Source of the DNA: Perna viridis | Lineage: Eukaryota | NCBI GenBank assembly: GCA_037379345.1 | Contig: CM074519.1 | Coordinates: 35,056,103-35,120,102 of the forward strand | Direction of reading: 5' to 3' | Length of the DNA stretch: 64,000 nt | Shown here: piece after piece, positions 14,820-28,205 of the stretch | How the letters are laid out: every line of letters starts with the position of its first letter | How positions within the stretch are numbered: position 1 is the first letter of the stretch | Translations under genes and position numbers: made by a program | The notes under the pieces: model-generated | The model's database searches: none | Seen by the model: only the letters and a program-made list of their open reading frames with translations | Told to the model about the DNA's origin: nothing

Positions 14820-14966
14820 CGTGTACAAACTACTTGTTATCACTTTATACGGCCCAATTAGGTCGTGTTATTTGATTCAATCCAGAGAACTTTCTCTGGT
14901 CACGTTATAGTATGGGCGTTAGTACTAAGAACAGATTATTGGGCTTCTTAGAGTGTAGATTGGCAT
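14820..14966 (-). other. Candidate non-coding or poison exon
   Basis: aataatttctgcag|ATGCC...TACACG|gtaagta; 147 nt with a perfect donor, CpG-retaining, and stops in all three frames. Confidence 0.35.
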
Positions 14967-15050
14967 CTGCAGAAATTATTTCCATTTCAAAAAATGAATT
15001 ATCATACATTCTATATAAAACAGAGAAACATAAAAAATAAGAATTAATAC

Positions 15051-15068
15051 CATCGGTGCGAGGCCCGA
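15051..15068 (-). CDS. Candidate 18-nt exon (SGLAPM) or first exon ending exactly in ATG
   Basis: ttttttaacgtccttgactacccag|TCGGGCCTCGCACCGATG|gtatta; 3 CpGs in 18 nt; phase-0 end compatible with the 12147 acceptor. Confidence 0.4.
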
Positions 15069-18000
15069 CTGGGTAGTCAAGGACGTTAAAAAACCCCTTG
15101 GTAGTAATAAGAATTTTATTCAGAAGGAGCTGATAGTTGCTATGACATTATTGATACTATGACTTCTTTTGTCAGGTGAAACCAAGAGTTTGTCATCTTT
15201 TTCTTTTTTACTCCATGTTTTATGTCAAAACCTAAATATATGCAAAATAAAACTTAACTCATACGTCTAAATTCCTTTTCTCTCTAACAAAACATCATTG
15301 GGGCAATACTTCAATGTTTCAGTCAATCAAATTTAATATTTGTCATTTTAACATGTTTACTACATGTATGATAATTAGCTTTTTTGTATCTGTACTTAAA
15401 ATAAGAGATCACTACCCTTTCACCGAATTAAATTGTCTAACAGAGTACAAGCAATAACTCATGAGCTAATTACAACTGTCTTCATCAAGTGTTACTTTAG
15501 TTGACTTCAATGAACTTGTGCTAAGGCAGGGTTAACATAAAGAAAATAAAGTATTGTCACGCTTCCATTATTTAATTTTCAACTAACAACAAGTCAAGGA
15601 AGAATAGTAAAGACCTGGTAGGATGTGCCTTATTACCAATTTACACAATATTAAGATAATATTGGAGCCACATGCAATGTCCTTAAAAAGAGTAATTGGG
15701 GATGTATAACCTCTCTAAGGACAATTATAGCGTACACAATGATGATACTCATGGAATAGCATTATATCAATTTTTAAAATATAATTAGCTGATTTATACC
15801 TTAAGATGGTTAATTGGACAGTTGGATACAGATTTTTAATACCTATTCTCTTTTCATCCAGTTAACTACATCAAGCAGTTCATTAGGTGATTGTCATTAA
15901 ACAATCCAACTCTTTCTCCTGAACATGATCATTTTATGCGCTATAACTGTTAGAAGTCTTGAAGTTACCATCATCACAGTATCACGAAGCTGACATAAGT
16001 GTCTATGGTAATTAGACATAATAAACTTCAATGTTAACAATTGATAGCCTTAAATCTGACCCGAGTGTAGCAAATTTACTTGGGTTTCCAACTAAGTCTG
16101 CGTCAGTCCCAGAGTGCTGGATACTTCCGTAACATTACAATATGATATTGATCACGATCACGGCTTGATATTGATCAAGATTTTATTTGTGTCAGTCATG
16201 CAAACTAATCCATTCAACAGAAGCCTGCCAATTTATAGCTGAAATTACTGCAAATAAAATGACTTAAGGAAACTATTACAGTGCGACAATGGAGGAAAAC
16301 ATTTTGTGATTAAAAAAAAGAATTGGTTTGAGGACATAAAAACGATTTTCAATAAAGAATGTCTCTGAGCCATCAAGAAATAATAAAATAACAGCCTAAG
16401 GAGTTACATGTCAAGCATAATGTTCTTCACAGTAATAACCTGTAAAGACTTCATTTGTTGTTTAAAAATTACTGCAGAAAAACCACAGAGGACACTTTAC
16501 AACAATTATAAATACATGTACATAGTAAGGCTGTGGCAAGATAGTAAGCTGAAATTTATGAATTCATGAAATCATTATAACTGTAATTCTGATGGAGTTT
16601 TATCTAGACAATGACTGAATGATTGTTGGGGTTTAACATCTGAGTAGCAATATTTCAACTATATTCAGACCATTTATCAAGACAATTTGGTCAACAATTT
16701 ACTGAGTTAATGTTTATTTATGTACATGAGTAAGGAAAAATAAAAAATTGCCTTCTTAAATACAGGAAAATCATTTGTGATCAACATCTCAAAGGAAGTC
16801 CAACAGTTCTGGTTATAAACACTATATGAAAGAAACTTCCAAGCCTCAGGCCAAACCAATATAATGAATGATGATGATTGGGGGGTTATACAGTCTTGAC
16901 TATCGTATCTCCGACCACTGATACCTTGAATTTTCGCCACAACACTATACATAGTGATCACATGAGTTTACTAACTACCCTTACTCTCACCAAGACCTAA
17001 TGACATTATTTTACTCAGCCACGTACAACACAATATAGATATCTGATAAACAGTCAGTTTAAGCTCATCAAATAACAATTTTAATTAGTACAAAATTTTC
17101 TGATACATGCTCAATTGCACAAAAGTCAAATATCAGTTGCTAATATAATCTATCTTATTACTTCAGCAAATTTCACTACGACTTTATTCAATTATACAAT
17201 CATAGATGAGATTCCATATTTATTAGAAGCTCGGTGGGTTTATTACACAGCAGGCAATAGTATTCATACATCCTATGGCATGAAAAAACCAGTTTCTAAT
17301 TTCCGTTTGATTCTGGTCCTTGTTTGTGGCGCAGTAGGATATTTATGCAAATTTTTAACATTAATATTATCATGGAGATTTTTTAATACAGGCTCAATCA
17401 TCAAAAGAATGGTGACTTAACCAAGGCCATAAAGTCATTAATACATCTCTTTACTACAAAGTTAGAAATTTTCACACTTAATTTATTTCTTTAATCTGGG
17501 ACTAATATTCCTTTAGCCCTATGACAGCCATTTTCATCTCTAGAGCAAAAATGTCGGGAGCCATTAAAACTAAAATCTTGTTTTCTTTATGATCACCCTA
17601 TAACCTAATCAAATGCATGAGTAGATTTCTGTCGTCATCGTAACACATTAGTCCACGTTTCTGTCCTACTGGAATAAAGGTTTCCCCGTGGATGATTTCA
17701 GGGAAATTATTGTCAAATCTGATTGTTGCAGTACGGATTGCAAGCCCTAATGGCTTTATTCTGGAATTAAGGAAACCACAAATGAATGTCACGCACATTA
17801 AAGGATCAACTCCATATTTGTAAATGAGAAAAAATTTACCTAACACAATTGTTGGAAAAACATCATTCAGTACATGAAAACTTTTGAAGAAAAGGCAAAA
17901 AAATACCTGACAAGTAGTGGAAATTACCTTGCTTACAACAATTTTAAAATTGCAGTGTTGAATTTATTGCAAAATATGGGAGTGTATTAAATTGCCATTA

Positions 18001-18156
18001 TCCAAACTCTTATATTGTATATCTAAACTAGCAGTATTTAAGTATGTATGACTACACTTTTAAACCTTACAAACTCAAATTTTTATCGTTAACCCAACAA
18101 ACTCCTTACAAACCTGAACCAGTGCAATGTACATCCAAACTTGTCACTTCTTTTTT

Positions 18157-18300
18157 CAGGGATGATTTTACGAGGTCATCAAAGAATGGGGAAATTGGTA
18201 AAACCAGAAATAAATAAACAGTAATAAAAAAGAATCTTACAGCAAAATTCAGATTTCAATTAGCGGAATTCCACTAAAAGCAGAAAAAAAATCATCCCTG
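18157..18300. mobile_element. 144-bp hAT-like MITE
   Basis: Perfect 13-bp TIRs CAGGGATGATTTT...AAAATCATCCCTG, flanked by TTCTTTTT(T)/TTCTTTTT, consistent with an 8-bp TSD. Confidence 0.8.
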
Positions 18301-21002
18301 TTCTTTTTATAATTTAAAATAACACAAATAAGGCCTCTCTGTAAAAATGAGATATCAAGAAAACCAACAGCCAAGTATCAAGATATGAATCTGATCAGAG
18401 AGAAATTGTTATACCTCTCCTACATTATCAAGTTAACATGCATTAAGTTTCATCAACATTTAAGCATTCCATTGTATGTAGTAACTTAGATGCCAGTTCA
18501 GGATAGTTTGTTGTTTACATAGACACTATGATTATCTCTGGTTATCCATAGTTTATATCCAGTTTATCCCCCCTCAAAATAAAATGATCTTATGTTACCA
18601 CCTGCAAGTAATTTATTCTGCTTGTACAGCTACATGTAATAACAAACTAGGCAGCAGAAGTAAGAAGATTCAGAACATGTTTATTGTTAGTGACCTGATC
18701 AATACCCATTAAAGGTATATCCAAATATCCCCTATTGCAAAAATCTTCAAAAAGCTTAACAAGATATTGCTTCTATCAAATTTGCTTCAGACCTGACAGC
18801 ACTTAACAAGTGTATTCATTCTATAAATTTGAAACTCATACAGGGAAACTTTCAATACTACATCTCATATCCCAAATCTGATTTCCAAACCTTAATGCAG
18901 ACTTGAACCAAATATAGAAGCCATGACAGTAAGTTTCTAATCAGATAAAGCCAGAAAATGCATCCTGAATTCAAACTATCTCCACGGATTATGCAATTTA
19001 AAGGGAATTGAAAAACTCATAGAAAATAGAAATTGTCAAATCAATTTCCAAATGAAATTGAATTTTCTGGATTTAACATGCCAAGGAGCTTGCAGATCTA
19101 TTAATGATTATCCATGAAAATTGTTCAAAAGCCATCTTTTTTAGTTACCATGACAACCAAGAAAGAAGACGGAAATTGATCTTTTTAAAATCATCAACTC
19201 CTTAAAACGAATCAAGGTTTGTCAATCTCCATCGAGTCTCCTCCGCATAATTTCAACATCTAAATTGCAAATGTAATAAAAATTTAAATAACATTGATAT
19301 TTTTATACTGATGTTATCCCTCCGACTGCAACACACTTTGCAGCACTGTCATAATCATGACATCACAGCATATGCTAAGATCCTATTTAAACTGCCTATA
19401 GAATTTAAAGGGCTCGCCATGCTATTAGAGACATAATCAGATCACTAGGCAGCAAATACCCAGACAGTAATAATTTTTACATTATTTATGGCTAATAAAG
19501 CAAGCCTTATAACATATAACAGCTCTGGGGACAGGAAAATCAATATTTTCCAGGAACAGTAAGCCTATAATGACAGTCTTTATAGCACATAGCAATTATC
19601 TATAGGGAAATATCATATAGCAGTTCTACAATGTTGTACAGGTGCAATTCTCTACAAATACATTGTTTGACAAGGAGCGTACATGTACATGTATGGAAAT
19701 ACAGAAAAAGGGTATTTACCATTGTACTGTGAGTACAAATAATGTCATAGATAGTGAGAGTTTTTCATCAATTTCCATGGGACTGTAATCACAATGAATA
19801 ATACTCTCTATGGATTTTCAATATTTCTTTTAATATAAATGTATTATTAGAATATTTTACACTCATACTTTGGATTAAGCAGTGTACAAAAATCTACTTT
19901 GGATTGTACCCAGAAAATGGGCAACATTAGGGATAAAAGTTTTGATTTGTTATACCTTCAAGAGCATGCAAGAATGGTTTTGCCTTCCATTAAGTCTAAA
20001 CATCAACCCCTGAGTGTCAATTTATATCACAAATGTGTATTTCTACTTGTGTATTAGTGTTTTATTAGTGCCTTCACTTAAACCTATTTTTCTCACAGGT
20101 AAAGCCCCCAGCAGGAAACAGAGAACAAAGTGACAAATATTTATACATCATTGTCTGCCTTTAAGTCAACCGTTCCATTTTAACCAACAATACAACTCGT
20201 ACTAAGTCCACTTGTTCGTTGTCCCCGTATCTGTGCATTGTATTCCTATTCTATCTCGTAGACCCTTGCTGTAAATCACTGATTCGGTCTTACTAAAAAG
20301 TCAGACTACTTCAAACAAACTAAGCACCAAGCTCAACAAGGGACTACGGACTCGAGTGACTGTCGTAATATTTTTAATGAAGTTCTTGACAACCTTCTAT
20401 TTATCAATACTCCACTACTTGAAATGATCAGAGCTTATGAAATTTTGTCACCTAAATATTCATCAAATGTCACAATCTAAATATGCAATATTTGTTCAGC
20501 ACCGATATAGAATATTGTCGTGTTTGTCTATCATACTTACAGAACAATCGAGTTGAGAGTTTTATTAGACTGCGGGTGGTATTTGGGTATAATCAACGCT
20601 CAAGAGCCTCTTCTTGGTTTCTAGAAGTAAGAGGATCACTAATGGTGTATGGCGGATATAAATTATATACATTCTGCTGGGACTATGCCCTGTTACTATT
20701 TTAAGGAATTTTAAGAGCAGCATTAGCGTATCACTTCCCTCCGTGAGTCTGATTTTATCACGAAAAAAAAGACACAATAAGGCAATTGACCTATTTAGTA
20801 TTATTTCAATGAAGCAGGGTTTTACACCAGCAGAATTATTGAGCTTTGTCGATCTTGTATTTTTTGTTCCTTGAATTAACACTATACATTCAAGATAATT
20901 TTTTCATATGATACAATATCTCTTATTATTACATATTCAGTGCAAAAGTAAGAAAAGGATAAAAGGATAGAAAGGTTAGATCAACATACCATACTCAAAA
21001 AG

Positions 21003-21620
21003 ACAAGAGGCTCTCAAAGAGCCTGAATCGCTTACTTGGCAATCCAAGTAAGTAATGGGTTTCATGGTTTGTTACCAGGTTTGACAATAAAATGCTGAAA
21101 AAAAGCATATATTAATGAATGCTGTAAGTAATTGAGTACATAAAGGCACTGTAAAATGTTGGAAATGCCTTAGGCAGGTGCCCCCTATGCTCTGTTATCC
21201 AACTAGGTCTGGGGGCATTAGCCAGCTATACACTTGCTGAGAAAGAACATAAAATGAATTTAAATCATGGCTATAGAACATTTTCATCATCACCATTCAA
21301 ATCAGGAGACCATACTATACAAACCCAATATCACTGAAAACAGAAATGGCAGCCATGGTAACAAAGAATAGTTGTACACTAAAAATCAACAAAAAAACCT
21401 GTTTCAAGGGCCATGGCTTACCACTCCTACATTGGGCAATGAATTATTTTGAAAATTTTAACATAAGTCATTCTTCTGATGGTGAACAAAATTAACACCT
21501 GTCAGAATTTTGCTTAATTCAACAGTTTTTGAGTTCGACAGATTGGATACATGAAGAGACAGACAGATAGACAGGGTAATGCCCATATACTCCAAAATTT
21601 CGTGTGCAAGGGGAATAATA
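21003..21620 (+). mobile_element. HINE/pearl-like non-autonomous element (Helentron-associated type), degenerate
   Basis: 5' ACAAGAGGCTCTCAAAGAGCCTGAATCGCTTAC (short GGCTCT/AGAGCC hairpin); 3' GACA microsatellite, then a decayed stem-loop and GGGGAATAATA. Confidence 0.6.
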
Positions 21621-22492
21621 TATTTACATTACAATTGCATTTACAATAAAAATCTTTTTTTAACTAATTGATGAATTCCATAATGAAACTTAATTAAAAA
21701 ATAATTACAGTAAACATGGCTGCAAACGCTGAAGGTTGAAAAAAAGATACTTAATGAAAATTACTTTCAAAAATCTTCTTATCAAATTACAGCTTTATTT
21801 CAGTAGGATGTAGCAAAAACTTACATGTCTATACATTTAAGAGTATTATACATGTAAAAAGTTGAAAAATTTGGACTTTTTGTCAAGAAATGCTAATTAC
21901 CTCAATAAAAGCTGTAAAATCTCCATTAAATATTCACAATCTCCTTTTTAAAATTCACTAAAGGTAGCTTATTTGAACCTCAAAATAATTCAATGCTAAG
22001 TCACACTGAATAGTTAATATACTGCCCCACCAATTTAAAATGAACACTTTATCACAGGTACTGAAAGAGATGAGCACTTCACAGAATTAATGTGTCTAAA
22101 ATACATCCCAACTAAATTAATATGAACATTTGATCAGAGCTATTGAAAGAGTTGAACACTTCACAGAATTAATATCTATTACATAACCATGAAGGTCATC
22201 AGAAAAGTCAAATTGTATCTGATGACGCTAACTGTAGTTGCATCAAATTTGATCAGTATGAACTTGAGACTCCTACAGATAACGATATCTAAATTGTGAA
22301 ATTTATCTCTTAAATTTACAAATTTAAACCTTATTTATTTTCTTTTTTTTTAATCAAAAATAAAGAAATTTGAAACAAAATGATGTGGGTTTTTTTTTTT
22401 GCCAATTCAGATAAATGAAATGGCATTTGTAATGTATATGTATGCAGATCTAGATATAAAGAAATAAATTCATCTACAAGACATAAGTTTAT

Positions 22493-23440
22493 GGACAACT
22501 CATTAAACAGTTAAATCTCTATCAACTTCTTCAGCAGAATATTCCCAGAAAACTCATCAAGCAAGTAATTCTGGGACAACTCATCATGCAGTTAATTCTG
22601 CAGGGACAACTCATCAAGCAGGTACTTCTACAGGAACAACTCATTAAACAGGTTATTCGGGGACAACTCATCAAGCAGGTAATTCTAGGACAACTCATCA
22701 AGTATTTAATACTGGGACAATTGTCAAGTATTTAATACTTGGACAACTGTCAAGCAGGTAATTCTGGGACAACTCATCATGCAGTTAATTCTGCAGGGAC
22801 AACTAATTGAATAGGTAGTTTATGGAGTACTCATCAAGCAGGTAATTCTAGGACAACTCATCAAGCATTTAATACAGAGAAAATTGTCAAGCAGGTAATT
22901 CTGGGACAACTCATCAAGCAGGTAATTCTGGGACAATTCATTAAGTGGTTAATTCTGGTACAGCAAGTCATGCAAGAACTCTAGAAAAAACATTTGATAA
23001 ACCAGAAATTATAGGACAATTCATCAAACTGAAAACCCACCAACAATTCAACATTCTGCCACTGCTGCAGCAATCTGAGATGTATCCATAAGAATTGTAT
23101 CATCAGACAGTAAATCCTAAGACAATCATCAGCAGTGAATTTTGTATCAACTCAGAGGGCAGATAATTTTGCAATAATTCTGCAACAACTCATCAACTTT
23201 AGTGACAGGTCATCAAACATGAACATTTGTGACCAATCATCAATGAACATAGCTTTGAAGACAAATCTACAGAATGATAAATTCTGGGACAAATCATCAA
23301 GAAGTAAATTTCTACATGAATCATCTTTTACAAATCATCAACCAGTCAATTTCGTAACAAATCATCAAGCAATTACCTCTTGGACAAATCAACAAGCGGT
23401 AAATTCTGATACAAATCATAAAGCGTGAAATTATAGGACA
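22493..23440. repeat. 27-bp minisatellite GGACAACTCATCAAGCAGGTAATTCTR; homogeneous core ~22545-22960 and decayed extension to ~23440
   Basis: About 15 well-preserved head-to-tail copies, then ACAAATCATCAA-type relics. Confidence 0.95.
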
Positions 23441-24471
23441 GTATAGATAAAAAAAAAAAGCAGCAAAGATAATATGGTGAAAATACCCAGAAAAAATATG
23501 TCCAAGAGTTATATTCGAATTGCATAATTATAACCTTTATACTATCACAATCCTTACATATTAATGTATTGTAGTGTGTGAACTTCATATTTATTTAGGT
23601 TTATATGGATAGATTCAGGTTCCTTATGATTAGTAAACAATAAAACATTCAATAAAATACAAATCCCAAACTAACCAGTACATCACTGGTCATCTCCAAA
23701 AAGGATGAATCAGTGGCTGCCTGAAGACAACACAGAGAAATGAAATTTACTTAACAAGATACTTTTTTACAAATGGAACTTTCTTCTTCAAAAATTTTAA
23801 ACAGAAAATTCCATGTATAAAAAATTCAAAATAAAAAAAAAAACATTTCAGAACTACAGTGCATTGATATCCACAAAAACAAATTCTTACACAATATGTA
23901 TCTCTTCTAGATTTATTCAAGTTTTTAAAGTATGAAATCTGTCGATGTTTTATCAAAATGTGAATACAAATTTTATTAGACATAAAATTTACATCAATGC
24001 ATTCTAAAAAATTATTTCAACATACCTTTTAAAATGTTGAAAACCATAATCCAGTAAATTTAATGTAAAATATATTTGCATCCAAATAAAGATAATACTA
24101 ACTGAACAAAACTCAATAGTAGCAACACTATAAATACCACCACTTCACCTTAAATAAAACTTTAATGCACGTTGTTCCCAGCTTTACCGTAAAAAACAAT
24201 AACACATAACAAGATTATTAAAAATTCCTAGGTAAAACTTTTATCAGACACTAAACCACTTGAAACTGTATGATCATGGTCCTTTATTGTATTAAGTTTG
24301 GATACTACAAGTTTTTCTAAAGGAACTTGTCACCCCACGACCAACTGAGCTCGTAATGAAATTTATCGGTATCTAAAACACGATACTTGTGCTGAGGTAT
24401 TTTATCACCTTTTCACTGATACCAGGGTATAATTTCCCAATGATGACAGGCATTTATCAACCCTTCGTTAC

Positions 24472-24546
24472 CGGGAGTGAACAGTGAAAGCAATTTGGAC
24501 AGGACGTAACGATGTTCTGGAGTTTACACAAGGATCTCGTTGTCAT
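24472..24546 (-). CDS. Candidate alternative first coding exon, MTTRSLCKLQNIVTSCPNCFHCSLP (exon 24472-24563 including 17 nt of 5' UTR)
   Basis: Strong acceptor ttctttgttttttcag at 24564; ATG at 24546; 25 codons to a phase-0 donor CCG|gtaacg; lies in a CpG-retaining patch. Reading from the acceptor in phase 0 hits TGA, so it only works as a start exon. Confidence 0.55.
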
Positions 24547-26677
24547 CCAGAGAAGAAAGCCCACTGAAAAAACAAAGAATTAACATGTCTTTTGCATTGG
24601 GCATTCAACACCCGCCGTCTCTGTTGACATAAATATACGGCCACCTAGCTGTCGGAACAGACCTATGGAATGCTGAATAATATTGCACTGTTTCCCTAAT
24701 CTGAGCCGATTAAATGATCATGTTAAAAACAATTGACGGAACAGAATTGGAACGCAGGTGTAAACCAAATATGTGAACTGCATAGAGTCAATGGAATTGA
24801 GGATTACTGTCTTATTGAAGTGAATATCTCGGATCATCTTCCCTATTAATGTCAGAGACAAGGATTTGAAAAGGTTCTACGATTATTCAGCACAAAGTTT
24901 CAATGAAAAAAGTTGGTTATAACTTGGAAATAATGCTTAAGTACATTTCTACTAAAAACTGTCCTGACTAATGCTTTAACAAACATATGTCTTAACACAT
25001 CATTTAGTTGGTTTTTTTTTTAAAGTTTAGGGAATGTTCAAGTGTTTTCTTGTTTGAAAGTTAAACTGCATATAAGGGTGTTAACACTTCAACATTTACG
25101 CAAGCAAGTGCACAAATAGATCTTTTCTGTTGTAATTTTTGAAAGTCAATTTTATGATTTTCCAAACAAAAGTTATAAATCATTTCAAAACATACAGAAC
25201 ATATAGAGAGCAAGTTTAATCTTTTATACCATTAAATATTGTTAACAGAGGATTTTTGCAATCCGTTTTCTCAGTTTCAGCCACCAATCTACTTTTGCGC
25301 AGTTTCGAAGTCACAACCATTCCACAATATAAATTATGATATTTCTGACTGTTTTATTTTAACATTACAGGTCTTACAGAGAAAATTACAACTGCCAAAA
25401 ATATATCACAGTTTACAGAATAAAAATTTACACACTTATGGCTGTAAAATGTTCTTGAATTTTCAGAATAAGCAAAAAATTACAGGCCACTGAATCAGTA
25501 TCTGGGCATTCCATCTACCTCATCCCACCCATCTCCCAAAAAAACAAACACAAGGAGTTCTTAAACTATGATCATACATGCAACACTCTGATGTAATTAA
25601 ACAGAACTTTGTCTATTGACCAAGTACTTCTATTTATCTCTCAATCTGTATGTATCATTCGACTACTCATCACAAGATGGGAAGCTTATCAAGATTTAAT
25701 GAGTTATCTCCCCTGAGCCCTGATAAAACAAGTGATTAGACTGTCAAAATAGATAAAATCTTGTTACTACTGACAAACTTAGGCATAAAATTAACAAATG
25801 CAGTAGTAGGTCTCTGATGTGTTATTTTGTACTTGAGGGAAATTATAAACATCTCATATGGCTTTTTTATATTAATTAACATAAATGCAGATCATAAAAC
25901 AGGTGTGGGGAAAATTCAACAATACAATAATTACAAAGAATTGAGACAGATGATTATGACACTGAATTTTTCTTCCTAAAAAACAGCTTCAATCCTTGGT
26001 TGGTATTTCACTCTAATCCTATATCTTGCACAAATCAAAGGACAACACCAACAACCATTGAAGCAAACATAATCAATGATGAGAGAAGGACTGTGGAAAC
26101 AGAACTAAAAGATATAAACAAGATGTCAGTGAGGTAGAAAAAATGGCAAAAGATAGATCCAAGTTGAGATCCTATAGTTGCATAAAGCATCATGGATACA
26201 CCCAACCTACCTCTTTACCTTTGGATTTTAATCTGCAGAAGAAAATGTCAAAATTGGCAGCCCTCCTCTGATTGACAAATGAGACTCTAATAAAAACAGT
26301 GTTCTTGATTTCATCAAACAGACAGTCAGACAGAAAACTAAATAAAGAACTTGTTATACCAGGTAAAAATATAAACATTTTTTCCAACAGCTGTGTGAAA
26401 CTGTGTAAATCAATTACATTAGAGCATATGTAAGTAGGAAAGCCAGCTGTGACGCATAAGCATATTTACAAGATTCTTAACAGGAAAAAAAACTTTGATT
26501 TATACAAATAACATTTTTCTAAATAAAAATTGGGGAACATATTTCAGCATTTTTTTCTATAGCTCTCAAATCCTATTAATAACAAAATTAGCATTGATAT
26601 TTATACAAATATTACTTATTTAATGGCAGATTATTTTTTTGCAACATACTTGTCTTCATACTACAACAGCCTAGAAT

Positions 26678-27045
26678 TTAAGTAGCACTCCAGCTAAGAA
26701 TCATGCAAAATCTGAAAAAAAAGGCTACATATTTTCATTTTTGTAATTAAGTTGTTTTATGGGTCCATACTATGAAATGTGTAATTACTCATTCGAATCT
26801 GCCTGTTCTTAGGAGATAATCAACATTAAAAATTCAATAGATTCTATTGTATTTGAGTGTCATTTACAGAGTTATCTCTCTCAATTTTTAAATCTTAAGA
26901 GCATTCTGTATATTTTTTATCTCCTAAGAACACGTTAAATTCAAAATTAAATGTTTATTTCTGTTTACTATGGCAATTCAAATAAAATATCAAAAATAAA
27001 TTTTAACCAATGAATTGCATCATTCTTAGCTCGAGTGCTACTTAA
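26678..27045. mobile_element. TTAA-bounded TIR MITE, copy 1
   Basis: TTAAGTAGCACTCCAGCTAAGAATCATGCAA ... TTGCATCATTCTTAGCTCGAGTGCTACTTAA (29/31 inverted match); interior homologous to 41587-41989. Confidence 0.85.
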
Positions 27046-28205
27046 ATAAGTATGTGAATGCACTTTTTATTAAGTTTTGTCCAAAATCTGTAAGAGAAGT
27101 TCTGAATTATATTTCTTTTCAAAACCATGCTCAGTGCAAAACTTGTTGGAGAATTAAATTTTTGGTAGCAACAGAAATAATGGTCTCCTATAACGAAACT
27201 GAGATAGCTGAAGTCAAATGGATAAAAATGACTTCCTCAAAATGTAAAGATTTGATTTCTGAGGGAAAAAATAATCACTACTAGCTAAAATTTCAAATTG
27301 TTTATATGTACATTTGCAAATAGATGCATCAATGCTGTGCAAGACGGATGATGTATTGGGAGAGTAAAATGACGAATATATCCAGAGCTGAATCATAAGA
27401 CACAAAAAGGTGTATTTGAATATTCTCCAGATTTTTGGTGGTCCTAATCAAAATTCAGTACGAAAAATGACAGAAAATGCAGTTAATTCAAAATCTTTCC
27501 AACAAGGCGGTTTCATCAGTGCAGAGAAAAACATTCAAATAAGCCAAAATTGCATCAACTCTTCAAGGCGATGTTTATAAACAAAAACTTCACACATGCC
27601 AGGTGCCTTTCAAGATTACGATAAGACAACCTCTCCAAAGCTACACAACCTCATCACCAGGATTACGCATTGCCAATCTCATATATATACAGCTTTCAAC
27701 AGAATCTGTTTTATTACTAAGTAATGGGCAAAAAACATGAGAAGATCCTTCAACCAGTTTCAACAATTACCTCCAGTAACAAGCAATTGTTTGAAATGGT
27801 ATTTCCAGATGTATACATGAAACTATATTACTATATAACTTTAAGGGAGGTGTCAGATGCTTATCTAAATAAAACTTAAGTAAATTATTCTACACTTCTG
27901 ATAACCAATCAACTATATATATAAACAAGTATGTATCTATTTCATTGAACCAATTGCATAATCTAACCTTATACATGTACCTTTTATTTGTGCTTTTTTT
28001 TCAGAGAAAGACCTGTAACTCAAAAAATAAAACTGGCTCAAACATTTCAACCACGAAGATTATAAAAATTATCAAAAACCTTCAAAAAGAGAGACATGAA
28101 AGGGGTTAAAACTTTGCATGGGATCAAAATATCATATTAAACTGGTCTCTCTCAGAATCCTGCCACACCATTAATATAAAATTGTTCCAGAACATTCTCT
28201 TTCAA

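Noticed and set aside
16924-16961. MYSVVAKIQG|gtatca candidate exon
   Set aside because: The donor is phase 1, incompatible with the phase-0 downstream exons.
17598-17846. Minus-strand ORF in a CpG patch as a first exon (MCVTFICG...GETFIP|gtagga)
   Set aside because: The donor CCA|gtagga is weak and there is no phase-0 acceptor; insufficient support.
27771-27818. ATG to phase-0 donor unit MYTSGNTISNNCLLLE|gtaatt
   Set aside because: Fits the first-exon pattern but has no CpG or strong acceptor support; such a match is plausible by chance.
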